64,000 nucleotides of DNA from an uncultured Candidatus Actinomarina sp. (GTDB lineage: Bacteria; Actinomycetota; Acidimicrobiia; Actinomarinales; Actinomarinaceae): positions 90,499-154,498 of the forward strand of contig CACAND010000001.1 of assembly GCA_902533795.1 (NCBI GenBank), given 5' to 3'. Each line of letters opens with the position of its first letter. Positions within the stretch are counted from its first letter, which is position 1. The notes beneath the pieces are model-generated. The model did not search any database. It had not been told where the DNA came from and was given only the letters and a program-made list of their open reading frames with translations. This document shows, piece after piece, positions 51,050-59,371 of the stretch. The translations under genes and the position numbers were made by a program.

Positions 51050-52466
51050 CAGGTGTCATTCCTCTCAAATAATCTATTACTAATTCTATATCTGACTGTG
51101 GAAGCACTGCACCAAAACCAGGCATTTTTCCACCACCTACTCCATTCACTCCATACCCTTTACCGTTTACGGAACCATTAATGATAAAGTCAATAAAATC
51201 ATCACGTTCTTTAAATTGAATGTTTACTCTTCCTCCCCTTAAAGCAGGCCCCAAGCCACCTGAGCCAATTTGTTTAGTGTAAGCAGCACCAGCAGAATAA
51301 CCTGCAGTATGACATCTTGCACAATATGCATTAAATATACCTACGGCTCTAATTGCTTTATCGTAATCTCCGTCGAAAGTTGAATCAGCTATATCTTGGA
51401 AATCGATAAGCCACAGCTTTTGTTGGTATGCATTTTCTAAAAATGCTAAACCTGTTTCAGCTTCATCCATAAACTTGTCATATCCATCAGTAAGTATTCC
51501 AAGATTAATAACTTTTGTTTCAAGTTCAGACAAGAAACCTCTAACTATAGAAGCATCTTTCCTTCCAGGAATCGATTCCTCCTCGTCTGGATTAAGATTT
51601 AATACTGGAGTTCCTAACATTTCAGTTATCGTTTCACTGTATGCTGAGAGATCAGTTTCAACACTGTCATACAATCCATCTTCATCAGTATCAATACCGC
51701 TTTGTCTAGAAATTAACGCTGAGACGACCTCAACTGCTTCAATTGCGATTGGTAATCTAATTGGTGCCATTTCTATATCGTTTATTAACTCATTTTGTTT
51801 GGCTATTTCACTCTCAACTTGTAAATCGGAATTTTCTATTCTTAATAATGATGAATTTATATTTCCCTCAATTTCAAGCAATTCTTCATTTTGAGGAATT
51901 TGAAAGGAGTGTAAATACTCAATCAAATCACTTAATTGGCCGTCGTTCATAGGTCCACCACCTTTAAGACCCCAAGCTGGCATTGGTGAATTTGCTCTTC
52001 CATAGATAAGCCAATATAAAACTTCATCATCATCGTATCTGTAAAATACATCATTAATAGCAGGGGCTACCCAAGTAACACTTACCCCACTTCTTTTTTC
52101 AACATACGATGCAGCACCACCACTTCCATCTGCACCATGGCAGTTACCACACCCAAATTCTTCATATAAATGTTGCCCTCTTTCTACAGAAACATCATCA
52201 AATTCCTCTACAAAGCTTTCTTGTCTAGCTGGTTCACCTAAATAATATAAAGGAATCATAATTGTTAAAAGAGAAGCTAAAACAACAGCAACTGACAAAA
52301 TCTTATCTAGCTGAGTTGTCTCAAGCTGGTCATCAGGTAAATATTTTTGAAGATTTCTTGGTACTTTTTTAATCTTTCCTGCACCTCGAAATCCGACAGC
52401 AGAAAAGTATGCAATTGCGCCGATAACAGCTAAAGCAATAAGTGTTATAAAAAGTGAACTATTCAT
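51042..52466 (-). CDS. Membrane-anchored diheme cytochrome c
   Basis: CGNCH with SPMPAW, CARCH with KMPGF, two N-terminal TM helices. Confidence 0.9.
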   Translation of the reverse strand: MNSSLFITLIALAVIGAIAYFSAVGFRGAGKIKKVPRNLQKYLPDDQLETTQLDKILSVAVVLASLLTIMIPLYYLGEPARQESFVEEFDDVSVERGQHLYEEFGCGNCHGADGSGGAASYVEKRSGVSVTWVAPAINDVFYRYDDDEVLYWLIYGRANSPMPAWGLKGGGPMNDGQLSDLIEYLHSFQIPQNEELLEIEGNINSSLLRIENSDLQVESEIAKQNELINDIEMAPIRLPIAIEAVEVVSALISRQSGIDTDEDGLYDSVETDLSAYSETITEMLGTPVLNLNPDEEESIPGRKDASIVRGFLSELETKVINLGILTDGYDKFMDEAETGLAFLENAYQQKLWLIDFQDIADSTFDGDYDKAIRAVGIFNAYCARCHTAGYSAGAAYTKQIGSGGLGPALRGGRVNIQFKERDDFIDFIINGSVNGKGYGVNGVGGGKMPGFGAVLPQSDIELVIDYLRGMTPDA

Positions 52467-52468
52467 TA

Positions 52469-53347
52469 TTATTCCTCAGGTGCGGCAATAGTAATACATG
52501 AAATACCTTGGGGATATTTAACTGACATTCCAGCAGCACGTGGAGATTCTATGATAGAACCCGTATCAATAATAAATTTTCCAGATGAGTTTACATTCAC
52601 TATGAATCTATCAAGATTACGAGGTGCTGGTCCAGCGTAGTATTCACCAACCATATTATATTTTGATCCGTGACAAGGACATTCAAACCCTTGAGAGGTA
52701 TTACACCAAGGGACTCTGCAACCAAGGTGTACACACCTTTGATAAACAGCAACAAGTCCATCAGCAACTGTTCCACTATCAGAAAATTGTGAGTTTCCTG
52801 ATTGTTCGAATGGTAATACATAAGCTCTAGCAGCTGGGATGAAAGCAGGAATCACAGATCCATCAGATTGAAAAATTTGGTCTTTTAAATCTTGAACTCT
52901 TCCTGCGTCAATCTTAGAACCAAAACCTCCAGAGACTTTAGGATAGAAAAATCCCAGCCAGGAAATTAATTGAATTCCGGCGAAAGCGCCGAAAGTAATT
53001 CCTAATGCTTTTCCCAGGAATTGTCTACGAGTCATTCCAGCTTCTTCTTCTGATATTTCTTCGTAAATAATTTCTTCTTTTACTTTTATTGATCCATCTG
53101 TTTGAATATCATCTTTTTCTTCAATATCTTCAGATAAATTTTCTTCTTCATTTTCAGGTTCATCAGGAGCTAAAAAGTTTGTTTGTGATTTATCTACTTT
53201 TAGTGCTCTCTTATCTAAATTTTTCTTCCAATTCAGCCTTTTATTTACAGCTTTAGGCGTTCTACCAGTGACTACTGCAATGATTCCAATGACGCCAAAT
53301 AAACCGATAAAAGCAATTGCAATAAATGAAAGTTGTACCAGGCTCAT
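52469..53347 (-). CDS. Rieske iron-sulfur subunit of a menaquinol:cytochrome c reductase
   Basis: CVHLGC and CPCHGSKY boxes, internal Tat motif TRRQFL, extra N-terminal TM. Confidence 0.95.
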   Translation of the reverse strand: MSLVQLSFIAIAFIGLFGVIGIIAVVTGRTPKAVNKRLNWKKNLDKRALKVDKSQTNFLAPDEPENEEENLSEDIEEKDDIQTDGSIKVKEEIIYEEISEEEAGMTRRQFLGKALGITFGAFAGIQLISWLGFFYPKVSGGFGSKIDAGRVQDLKDQIFQSDGSVIPAFIPAARAYVLPFEQSGNSQFSDSGTVADGLVAVYQRCVHLGCRVPWCNTSQGFECPCHGSKYNMVGEYYAGPAPRNLDRFIVNVNSSGKFIIDTGSIIESPRAAGMSVKYPQGISCITIAAPEE

Positions 53348-54099
53348 TCGAAATGGACCCAGTCAAGTAAGTCATCAAACCAAACACCATCAATCCAAGG
53401 ATATGTCCAGTTCCAACCTGGGCCTCTAAATAATATACCAATTAAACTCAATGTTCCCGCTCCTGCCAGAAAAAATGTCCAAAGCATAATTGCATATTTT
53501 CTTTTTGACGGTTTATTATCCTTATTTCTATCTATATATGGAATAGCCATAAATGCTGCCACACCAATAATTAAAGGAATCATAACTCCAGCAATCTGTG
53601 GATCCCAGTATGAAAGTAATTCTTGTAAACCAAGGAAATACCATGGTGCTTTTGCAGGGTTTGGAGTAATGTTTGGATTTGCTTCTTCAAGTAATGGGGC
53701 CTGCAAAATTGCGCTAATAAAAATAAGAAAAGCTGTCATAGCCATCAAAGATATAAATTCTGGAAGCATTAAATGTGGCCAGGTGTTTACTTTATCTACT
53801 GGCTCAGAAGTAGGTTTTTGTATCGGTTTGGCTTTTACAACTGTCAATAGTCTCTGTGTAACTCTTGTTTCTGGAGCAAAATCAACTTCAGCTGGTATAT
53901 CAGCTTTTACAGCTGCTGCTGGTGCTGGTGCTTCTTTGACTTCAATTGGTTTTACATCTATAACTTCTGGTTCTTTTGAAATAGTTGTAGGCTCTGCCTC
54001 ACCCTTCATTTCAGCTAATGCTTGCTCTACAGATATACCTAAAGCTTTTGCTCTTGCCTCAGCTGTTTTTATTAATAAATGTTCTGGAATATCAACCAT
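53344..54099 (-). CDS. Cytochrome b C-terminal subunit (subunit IV/PetD-like) with an N-terminal extension (start moved to ATG 54099)
   Basis: TWPHL, APLLEEANP, TPNPAKAPWYF (PEWY-equivalent), PYIDR. Confidence 0.88.
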   Translation of the reverse strand: MVDIPEHLLIKTAEARAKALGISVEQALAEMKGEAEPTTISKEPEVIDVKPIEVKEAPAPAAAVKADIPAEVDFAPETRVTQRLLTVVKAKPIQKPTSEPVDKVNTWPHLMLPEFISLMAMTAFLIFISAILQAPLLEEANPNITPNPAKAPWYFLGLQELLSYWDPQIAGVMIPLIIGVAAFMAIPYIDRNKDNKPSKRKYAIMLWTFFLAGAGTLSLIGILFRGPGWNWTYPWIDGVWFDDLLDWVHFE

Positions 54100-54110
54100 A
54101 TATATAAAAA

Positions 54111-54890
54111 CTAGAGGGGACCAGAGATCCCTCCATCCTTTCTGACTCTCCAAAAATGGATCGCCATAAATATAACGATTATGAACGGGAGAAATAAAAC
54201 ATGTAAAACATAGAAACGGAGCAAAGTAGCTTCTGTTGCTTCTAATCCTGCAAATAAGGCAAATTTTACCTGAGCGCCAATTACAGGTGTGTAGCTAGCC
54301 ATGTTTCCTCCAACGGTAACCGCCCAAATAGCTAACTGGTCCCATGGAAGAAGATACCCAGTAAAAGATAAAAGCAAGGTTAATAAAAGCAAGATAACCC
54401 CAATTACCCAGTTAAACTCTCTTGGTGCTTTATATGCTCCATGATAAAACACTCTTGACATGTGAAGGAAGACTACGATGACCATTATATGTGCAGCCCA
54501 CCTGTGCATATTTCGTACTAATGAGCCAAAAGCTATTGAAGTTTGTAGAGATTGAATATCAACATAAGCCATTTCAGTTGGTCTAAAATAAAACATTAAC
54601 CATATTCCTGTAATTGTAAGAACAATAAATGTAAAAAAGCTTAAACCTCCAAGACATAATGTGTAAGACAATCTCACAGCATGTCTTTTAACCTTTACTG
54701 GGTGAAGATGGTACAAAACATTGTTCATAACAACATATGATCTGTTTCTTGGGCTGTCGGAATATCCTTTTCTGAATGGTGATCCTGGACGAAAGATACT
54801 TCCCCATAATGAGCTTTCCTTCAGTGAGTCCCCTAGACCTGCACTTATATCTTTTACACGATCTCTAAACTTTATTTTTTCATTCTTCAT
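54111..54890 (-). CDS. Cytochrome b6-like N-terminal subunit (PetB-like)
   Basis: CLGG, RNMHRWAAH...LHMSRV, PREFNW, GYLLPWDQ, LH-x14-H, GISGPL C-terminus. Confidence 0.95.
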   Translation of the reverse strand: MKNEKIKFRDRVKDISAGLGDSLKESSLWGSIFRPGSPFRKGYSDSPRNRSYVVMNNVLYHLHPVKVKRHAVRLSYTLCLGGLSFFTFIVLTITGIWLMFYFRPTEMAYVDIQSLQTSIAFGSLVRNMHRWAAHIMVIVVFLHMSRVFYHGAYKAPREFNWVIGVILLLLTLLLSFTGYLLPWDQLAIWAVTVGGNMASYTPVIGAQVKFALFAGLEATEATLLRFYVLHVLFLPFIIVIFMAIHFWRVRKDGGISGPL

Positions 54891-55340
54891 TTAAAGTCTT
54901 CCATATATATATCCATGTCTATCATTTCTTTCTCCAGAGTCTTCATCCCATGGAGCTTCATAGACACCGTTATTAATTGCTGCATCTGCCAACGATCCTG
55001 CAAATTTACCCAAAGAAATTACTCCTGTTGGACATCTATCAACACATAATGCACATCTAGTACATGCATCTTCGTCAACAACAAAAAATCCTGATTCATT
55101 TTCTTCCATACTTGGTGCTTCAACATTGATAGAGTCTTCAATAGCATCTGTTGACAAGTAGTGAATACATTTCCATGGACATATATCAACACAACCTTCG
55201 CATAAAATACATTCTGCTTCATCTATGTGTAGAAATTGTTTCGGTCTTACTCTTGATGAAATCTTTTCAGCATCAACCATGGCAAGGTTGTATTGTTTTT
55301 CAAATTCAGGCATCTCAATAAGTACTTCTGATTTAGCCAT
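54891..55340 (-). CDS. 2x[4Fe-4S] ferredoxin
   Basis: CILCEGCVDICP and CTRCALCVDRCP. Confidence 0.9.
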   Translation of the reverse strand: MAKSEVLIEMPEFEKQYNLAMVDAEKISSRVRPKQFLHIDEAECILCEGCVDICPWKCIHYLSTDAIEDSINVEAPSMEENESGFFVVDEDACTRCALCVDRCPTGVISLGKFAGSLADAAINNGVYEAPWDEDSGERNDRHGYIYGRL

Positions 55341-55926
55341 CAGCACCTACCTTTACTACTTCTTTTCCATAATCAGAAATTCTTGTTTTACCTCTCTCTT
55401 TTGCTTCATTGATATCCTGAATTAAATATCCAACAACAAAAGCGGTTACTAATGCACCTGTAGAAATTCCAAGTTGAATAATATCTTTAAGTGCTCCAAG
55501 ACTGAGACCAATTTCATTACCAAGAAAAAGAATAGGCGGAAAGTTTATAAATTCTCTTTGATTAGTCCATTCAAGAGGTCCCTGAGAAAGGTTAAGCCAT
55601 TCAGATGGTAAAACTCCAAAAATTAGTGCGAATTGGATCCAGCTTAAGAAAGCAAGATATGTTGCTCTTGCCCATGTCATCTCTGTATCTTCCCAAGCTA
55701 ACATTGCCATTCCAATCAAAAGAAGTTGCCCAGCTCCAAATGCTATTAGTTGGCCAATAGTTTGCATTAACCATCCTCGAGGCATCCAATTAAAGTAATC
55801 AATTACTTCCCCCTCTGGAAAACCAGCAAAATGTGCAATAATGACCCCGATAGTGACACCACCGATTCCAGCAAATATTAAAGCTACGCCGATTTTGTAT
55901 CGATTAGTAAATATAAAATTTAACAA
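55333..55926 (-). CDS. Uncharacterised 4-TM protein, first gene of the cytochrome b operon
   Basis: Hydrophobic segments. Overlaps the ferredoxin start. Confidence 0.75.
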   Translation of the reverse strand: MLNFIFTNRYKIGVALIFAGIGGVTIGVIIAHFAGFPEGEVIDYFNWMPRGWLMQTIGQLIAFGAGQLLLIGMAMLAWEDTEMTWARATYLAFLSWIQFALIFGVLPSEWLNLSQGPLEWTNQREFINFPPILFLGNEIGLSLGALKDIIQLGISTGALVTAFVVGYLIQDINEAKERGKTRISDYGKEVVKVGADG

Positions 55927-56095
55927 GTTTCCCTCTACACGTCATTAACTCAAAACTTTCAATACCTATTGTATCAAGAATTGGGTACATAATATAAATT
56001 TTATAACGGTACTTTTTTAAGAAATTACATATTTTATTGACGTATTTTTTACAGATTAATAGTAAAGTCAAATTGAGAACTTACTATTTAAACAA

Positions 56096-57499
56096 ATGAA
56101 AATAAAAATTTTTCCAAAAAATGAACAAGAATTTTCAAAATTTTTTATTGTTGTTATGCCCTTTTTATTATTACTTTTTGGAGGTATATCACTATTAAAA
56201 GAAGCTTATTTTCTTTTTGTGAATATTCTTCCCCAAAATATTGTATTTAATTACGGTTTTCTAGATATATTAAATAATCATATAACTTATAGCCTTTTGC
56301 TATCATTCTTAATCGTATTTTTAACTTCATATCTTTTACCAAAAACTCTTGGCAGGAGGTTGGTTATATTTCCAATTTTCTTCCTAACCTCACTAGGTGT
56401 AATAGGTTTAGAGTCTTTAGATTTATTATTAGGGTTTTTGTTTCCCAATAACTTTTTTTCTTTTGGTAATACAAGTTATACAATGCTCTTCAAAATTTTA
56501 ATTTTGTTTGCTTTTGTAAGTCTTTTATCAATAAATATTCTTGCCAAAAAAGAGGCTTCCATGTTTATAAGTGCGCAATATTTATATGGAGCAGCTTTAT
56601 TTTATGCTCTTTCATTAGTTATTTATCGTGGAAATTTTTCTGTATTTAGTGATAATTTTTTTATTAACTCTATGTATGTATCTACACATATATATGTTGG
56701 ATATTCTTTTGTATTTTTAGCATTGCTTCATTTTATGACTACAAAGGGAATCAACGGAACATTATATAGTAAAACTTTAGGATCAATTAGTTTTTGGGGA
56801 TATCTATTTTTATTGCCATGGACTAACTTTAAATTTTATTTTGGTTCAGTTTTGCCTAATTGGATTGAAAACATTTCACTTTATTTATCATTAAGCTTGG
56901 CTCTACCACTGCTTGCAGTCACAGTTAATTTTTTTAGAACTGTAACAACTAGAGATGAAGAAAATAAAATAATTTATGGCCTTGTTAGTTTTTCGTTTGG
57001 AATTTTCCTAGTAACTAATCTCTTTCAAATTGTTTCATCATTATCAAACATTATCCCCATACTTAGTCTTACAAGTTTTGAAATTGCAATAAGATATGGC
57101 TACGTTTTTAGTTCTATATTGATATCTATTGCTTTTATTTATTATCTCATTCCAAAGATCTTTGGTAGAGAAGTAAAATATACAAGACTTGAGTCTCTTA
57201 CTGCCTATACTTTGAAAATTGTTGTATCTGGCACATTATTCTCTAATGCTTTAATAGGTATAATTTCTGGGTATTCGTGGAATGCTGGTGCAAATGCAGG
57301 AAATCCAACAATATATGGTGAAGGTTTTGCGTTGTTATGGTCGCTAATAAGTACTCCTTTATCAGTAAATTTGTTTTTATCAGTTTTGCTCCTTTTACCA
57401 TTTTTTCTATTCTTTATATCTGTGATAAAAGCCATAGTAAATGGAGAAATCACAGAGGCTGAAACAATAGAGCTTACAGAAGAAGAGCTTCCAGTATGA
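56096..57499 (+). CDS. Degenerate cbb3-type oxidase subunit I (CcoN)-like membrane protein lacking the heme/CuB histidines
   Basis: About 12 TM helices. Retains LYSKTLGSISFW, LPNW, VNFFRT, YYLIPKIFGRE. Followed by a CcoO-like gene. Confidence 0.65.
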   Translation: MKIKIFPKNEQEFSKFFIVVMPFLLLLFGGISLLKEAYFLFVNILPQNIVFNYGFLDILNNHITYSLLLSFLIVFLTSYLLPKTLGRRLVIFPIFFLTSLGVIGLESLDLLLGFLFPNNFFSFGNTSYTMLFKILILFAFVSLLSINILAKKEASMFISAQYLYGAALFYALSLVIYRGNFSVFSDNFFINSMYVSTHIYVGYSFVFLALLHFMTTKGINGTLYSKTLGSISFWGYLFLLPWTNFKFYFGSVLPNWIENISLYLSLSLALPLLAVTVNFFRTVTTRDEENKIIYGLVSFSFGIFLVTNLFQIVSSLSNIIPILSLTSFEIAIRYGYVFSSILISIAFIYYLIPKIFGREVKYTRLESLTAYTLKIVVSGTLFSNALIGIISGYSWNAGANAGNPTIYGEGFALLWSLISTPLSVNLFLSVLLLLPFFLFFISVIKAIVNGEITEAETIELTEEELPV

Positions 57500-57716
57500 G
57501 TGAACTCTTAAGTAAAGTCGCAGAAATATTAAATGCTCCAGAATCGTTGGTACAACGATCTGCAGAGGCTAGAGCGGAAGCATCAGGTAAAAGTGTTGAT
57601 GAGGTTTTACAATCTTGGGCAGGTGGTGAAAGTGTAGCTGCTGTCGAAAAGAGTGTGGAAGAACCAGCACCTGTGGAAGAACCAGCACCTGTGGAAGAAC
57701 CAGCACCTGTGGAAGA
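57496..57716 (+). repeat. 221-bp perfect direct repeat, copy 1
   Basis: Identical by base comparison to 58289-58509. Starts exactly at the ATG. Confidence 0.95.
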
Positions 57717-58296
57717 ACTCACAACTAAAGATGAATCTTCGATTGATGTTCAAGAAGATGATGATGAAGAAATTGTTCAACTTTTAATAGAAGAAGAACT
57801 TATAGAAGCTAAAAAAGAGAGTTCATTTGCAGTCTTAATGGGAGTAATTGGAGTTGTAGTATTCACATATTTATTTGCTTTTTCAATTCCAAAACAACAA
57901 AGCGAAGATCTCGTATTGGAATCTTTAAATAATTCCGTACGCGTAAGTGAAGAAATTCTTGAAGGTGCAACAGTTTATAATCAACTTAATTGTCAATCAT
58001 GTCATACACAGAATGTGAGGGTGCTAATACCTGATTCACAAAACGGAAAAGTTTTAAAGAATAGGTTTGCAAATAAAAATTTAATTCTTAATACTGGATT
58101 ACTAAGGTTAGCTCCAGATTTATCTACTCTTGCATCCAGAGAGCCAACAAATGATGGGGACTGGCTTAAAAAATATTTGACCGATCCATCATCAGTAAAA
58201 GAAGAGATTCCGCATCCATCAATAAATTTCTTAAATGAACAAGATTTAGATTATTTGATAACTTATTTATTATCTTTAGGAAGTACAAATGAGTGA
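57496..58296 (+). CDS. CcoO-like monoheme cytochrome c with an N-terminal repeat module
   Basis: GATVY...CQSCHTQNVR, RLAPDLS, WLKKYLTDP...P, DYLITYLLSLG match the CcoO pattern. Confidence 0.75.
   Translation: MSELLSKVAEILNAPESLVQRSAEARAEASGKSVDEVLQSWAGGESVAAVEKSVEEPAPVEEPAPVEEPAPVEELTTKDESSIDVQEDDDEEIVQLLIEEELIEAKKESSFAVLMGVIGVVVFTYLFAFSIPKQQSEDLVLESLNNSVRVSEEILEGATVYNQLNCQSCHTQNVRVLIPDSQNGKVLKNRFANKNLILNTGLLRLAPDLSTLASREPTNDGDWLKKYLTDPSSVKEEIPHPSINFLNEQDLDYLITYLLSLGSTNE
57655..57716 (+). repeat. 18-bp tandem repeat gtggaagaaccagcacct, 3 units plus a partial unit (VEEPAP)
   Basis: Direct reading. Confidence 0.95.
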
Positions 58297-58509
58297 ACTC
58301 TTAAGTAAAGTCGCAGAAATATTAAATGCTCCAGAATCGTTGGTACAACGATCTGCAGAGGCTAGAGCGGAAGCATCAGGTAAAAGTGTTGATGAGGTTT
58401 TACAATCTTGGGCAGGTGGTGAAAGTGTAGCTGCTGTCGAAAAGAGTGTGGAAGAACCAGCACCTGTGGAAGAACCAGCACCTGTGGAAGAACCAGCACC
58501 TGTGGAAGA
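58289..58509 (+). repeat. 221-bp perfect direct repeat, copy 2 (tandem array at 58448-58509)
   Basis: Identical to 57496-57716, offset 793 bp. Confidence 0.95.
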
Positions 58510-59242
58510 GATTGAAAAAAAAGAAGATAAAAATGAAATTGTTTCGGAAGAAAAAGAAAAACCACAGACATTATCTTCTTCAAGAAATACCAAAAAAATA
58601 ACTCAAAAAATAGCTTTTGCTAATAAAACATTAAATATCAAAGTTAATGCAGAAACTACTTTGCCTAGATGGTTAAATGTAAGTTTTGTCCTTATTCCTT
58701 TATTTATAGTAATTGGAATCATAAACACATCATCGACTCAAGAATGTGGTGAAAACGGCATTCTTGATATAGATAGAAAATCTCAATTGACAATTAATTG
58801 TGATGGTTCTGCTTTTGAAGGCAAGGGTGTTGGCTCAGCAAGTTCTATAAATTATATTGCTCTTGGACAACAAATATATTCTGGAGCAGCTGCTTGTGCA
58901 GGTTGCCACGGTGTGAATGGAGGTGGTGGTGTTGGACCAGCATTTACTGGGGGTGAGCTCTACACAACATTCCCAACTTGTAGTGATCATGCACTTTGGA
59001 TTGAGCTAGGATCAGCAGGATGGCAAGCTGATGTTGGGCCAGCTTATGGTGCCGAAGATAAAGTTTCTATTGGAGGAATGCCAGGTTTTGCTGGAAAACT
59101 TACCGAAGATGAACTTTATGCAGTAGTTGTATTTGAAAGGGTTGTCTTCGGTGGTGGGGATACAAATGAAGTATTAGAAGATTGTGGTCTTCTAGAAACT
59201 GAAGAAGAAGTAACTGCTGAAGCAGTAGAAACATCAAGTTAA
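58289..59242 (+). CDS. Membrane-anchored monoheme cytochrome c with an N-terminal repeat module
   Basis: CAGCH, GGVGPAF, GGMPGF (Met ligand), one TM. Confidence 0.88.
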   Translation: MSELLSKVAEILNAPESLVQRSAEARAEASGKSVDEVLQSWAGGESVAAVEKSVEEPAPVEEPAPVEEPAPVEEIEKKEDKNEIVSEEKEKPQTLSSSRNTKKITQKIAFANKTLNIKVNAETTLPRWLNVSFVLIPLFIVIGIINTSSTQECGENGILDIDRKSQLTINCDGSAFEGKGVGSASSINYIALGQQIYSGAAACAGCHGVNGGGGVGPAFTGGELYTTFPTCSDHALWIELGSAGWQADVGPAYGAEDKVSIGGMPGFAGKLTEDELYAVVVFERVVFGGGDTNEVLEDCGLLETEEEVTAEAVETSS

Positions 59243-59371
59243 ATAAACAAATAAATTCAAGTTGATTGTTTAAATAATCAAACTACTATTTTTTTTATGT
59301 TGCCAGCAATATATATTCATGTATTTTTGATCGCATTTAGTATTGTTCTTTTCTATGTAATTTTATAAAAT

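Noticed and set aside
56096-58296. Functional cbb3 oxidase or nitric oxide reductase (NorBC)
   Set aside because: Both need the six conserved His ligands, which are absent. NorB glutamate motifs are not seen either.
57655-58509. Short repeats as a CRISPR array
   Set aside because: The 18-bp units are contiguous with no spacers, are in frame (VEEPAP) within genes, and no cas genes are present.
59261-59298. Terminator after the cytochrome c operon
   Set aside because: The AT-rich imperfect stem (ttgatt...aatcaa) is too weak to call despite a downstream T-run.
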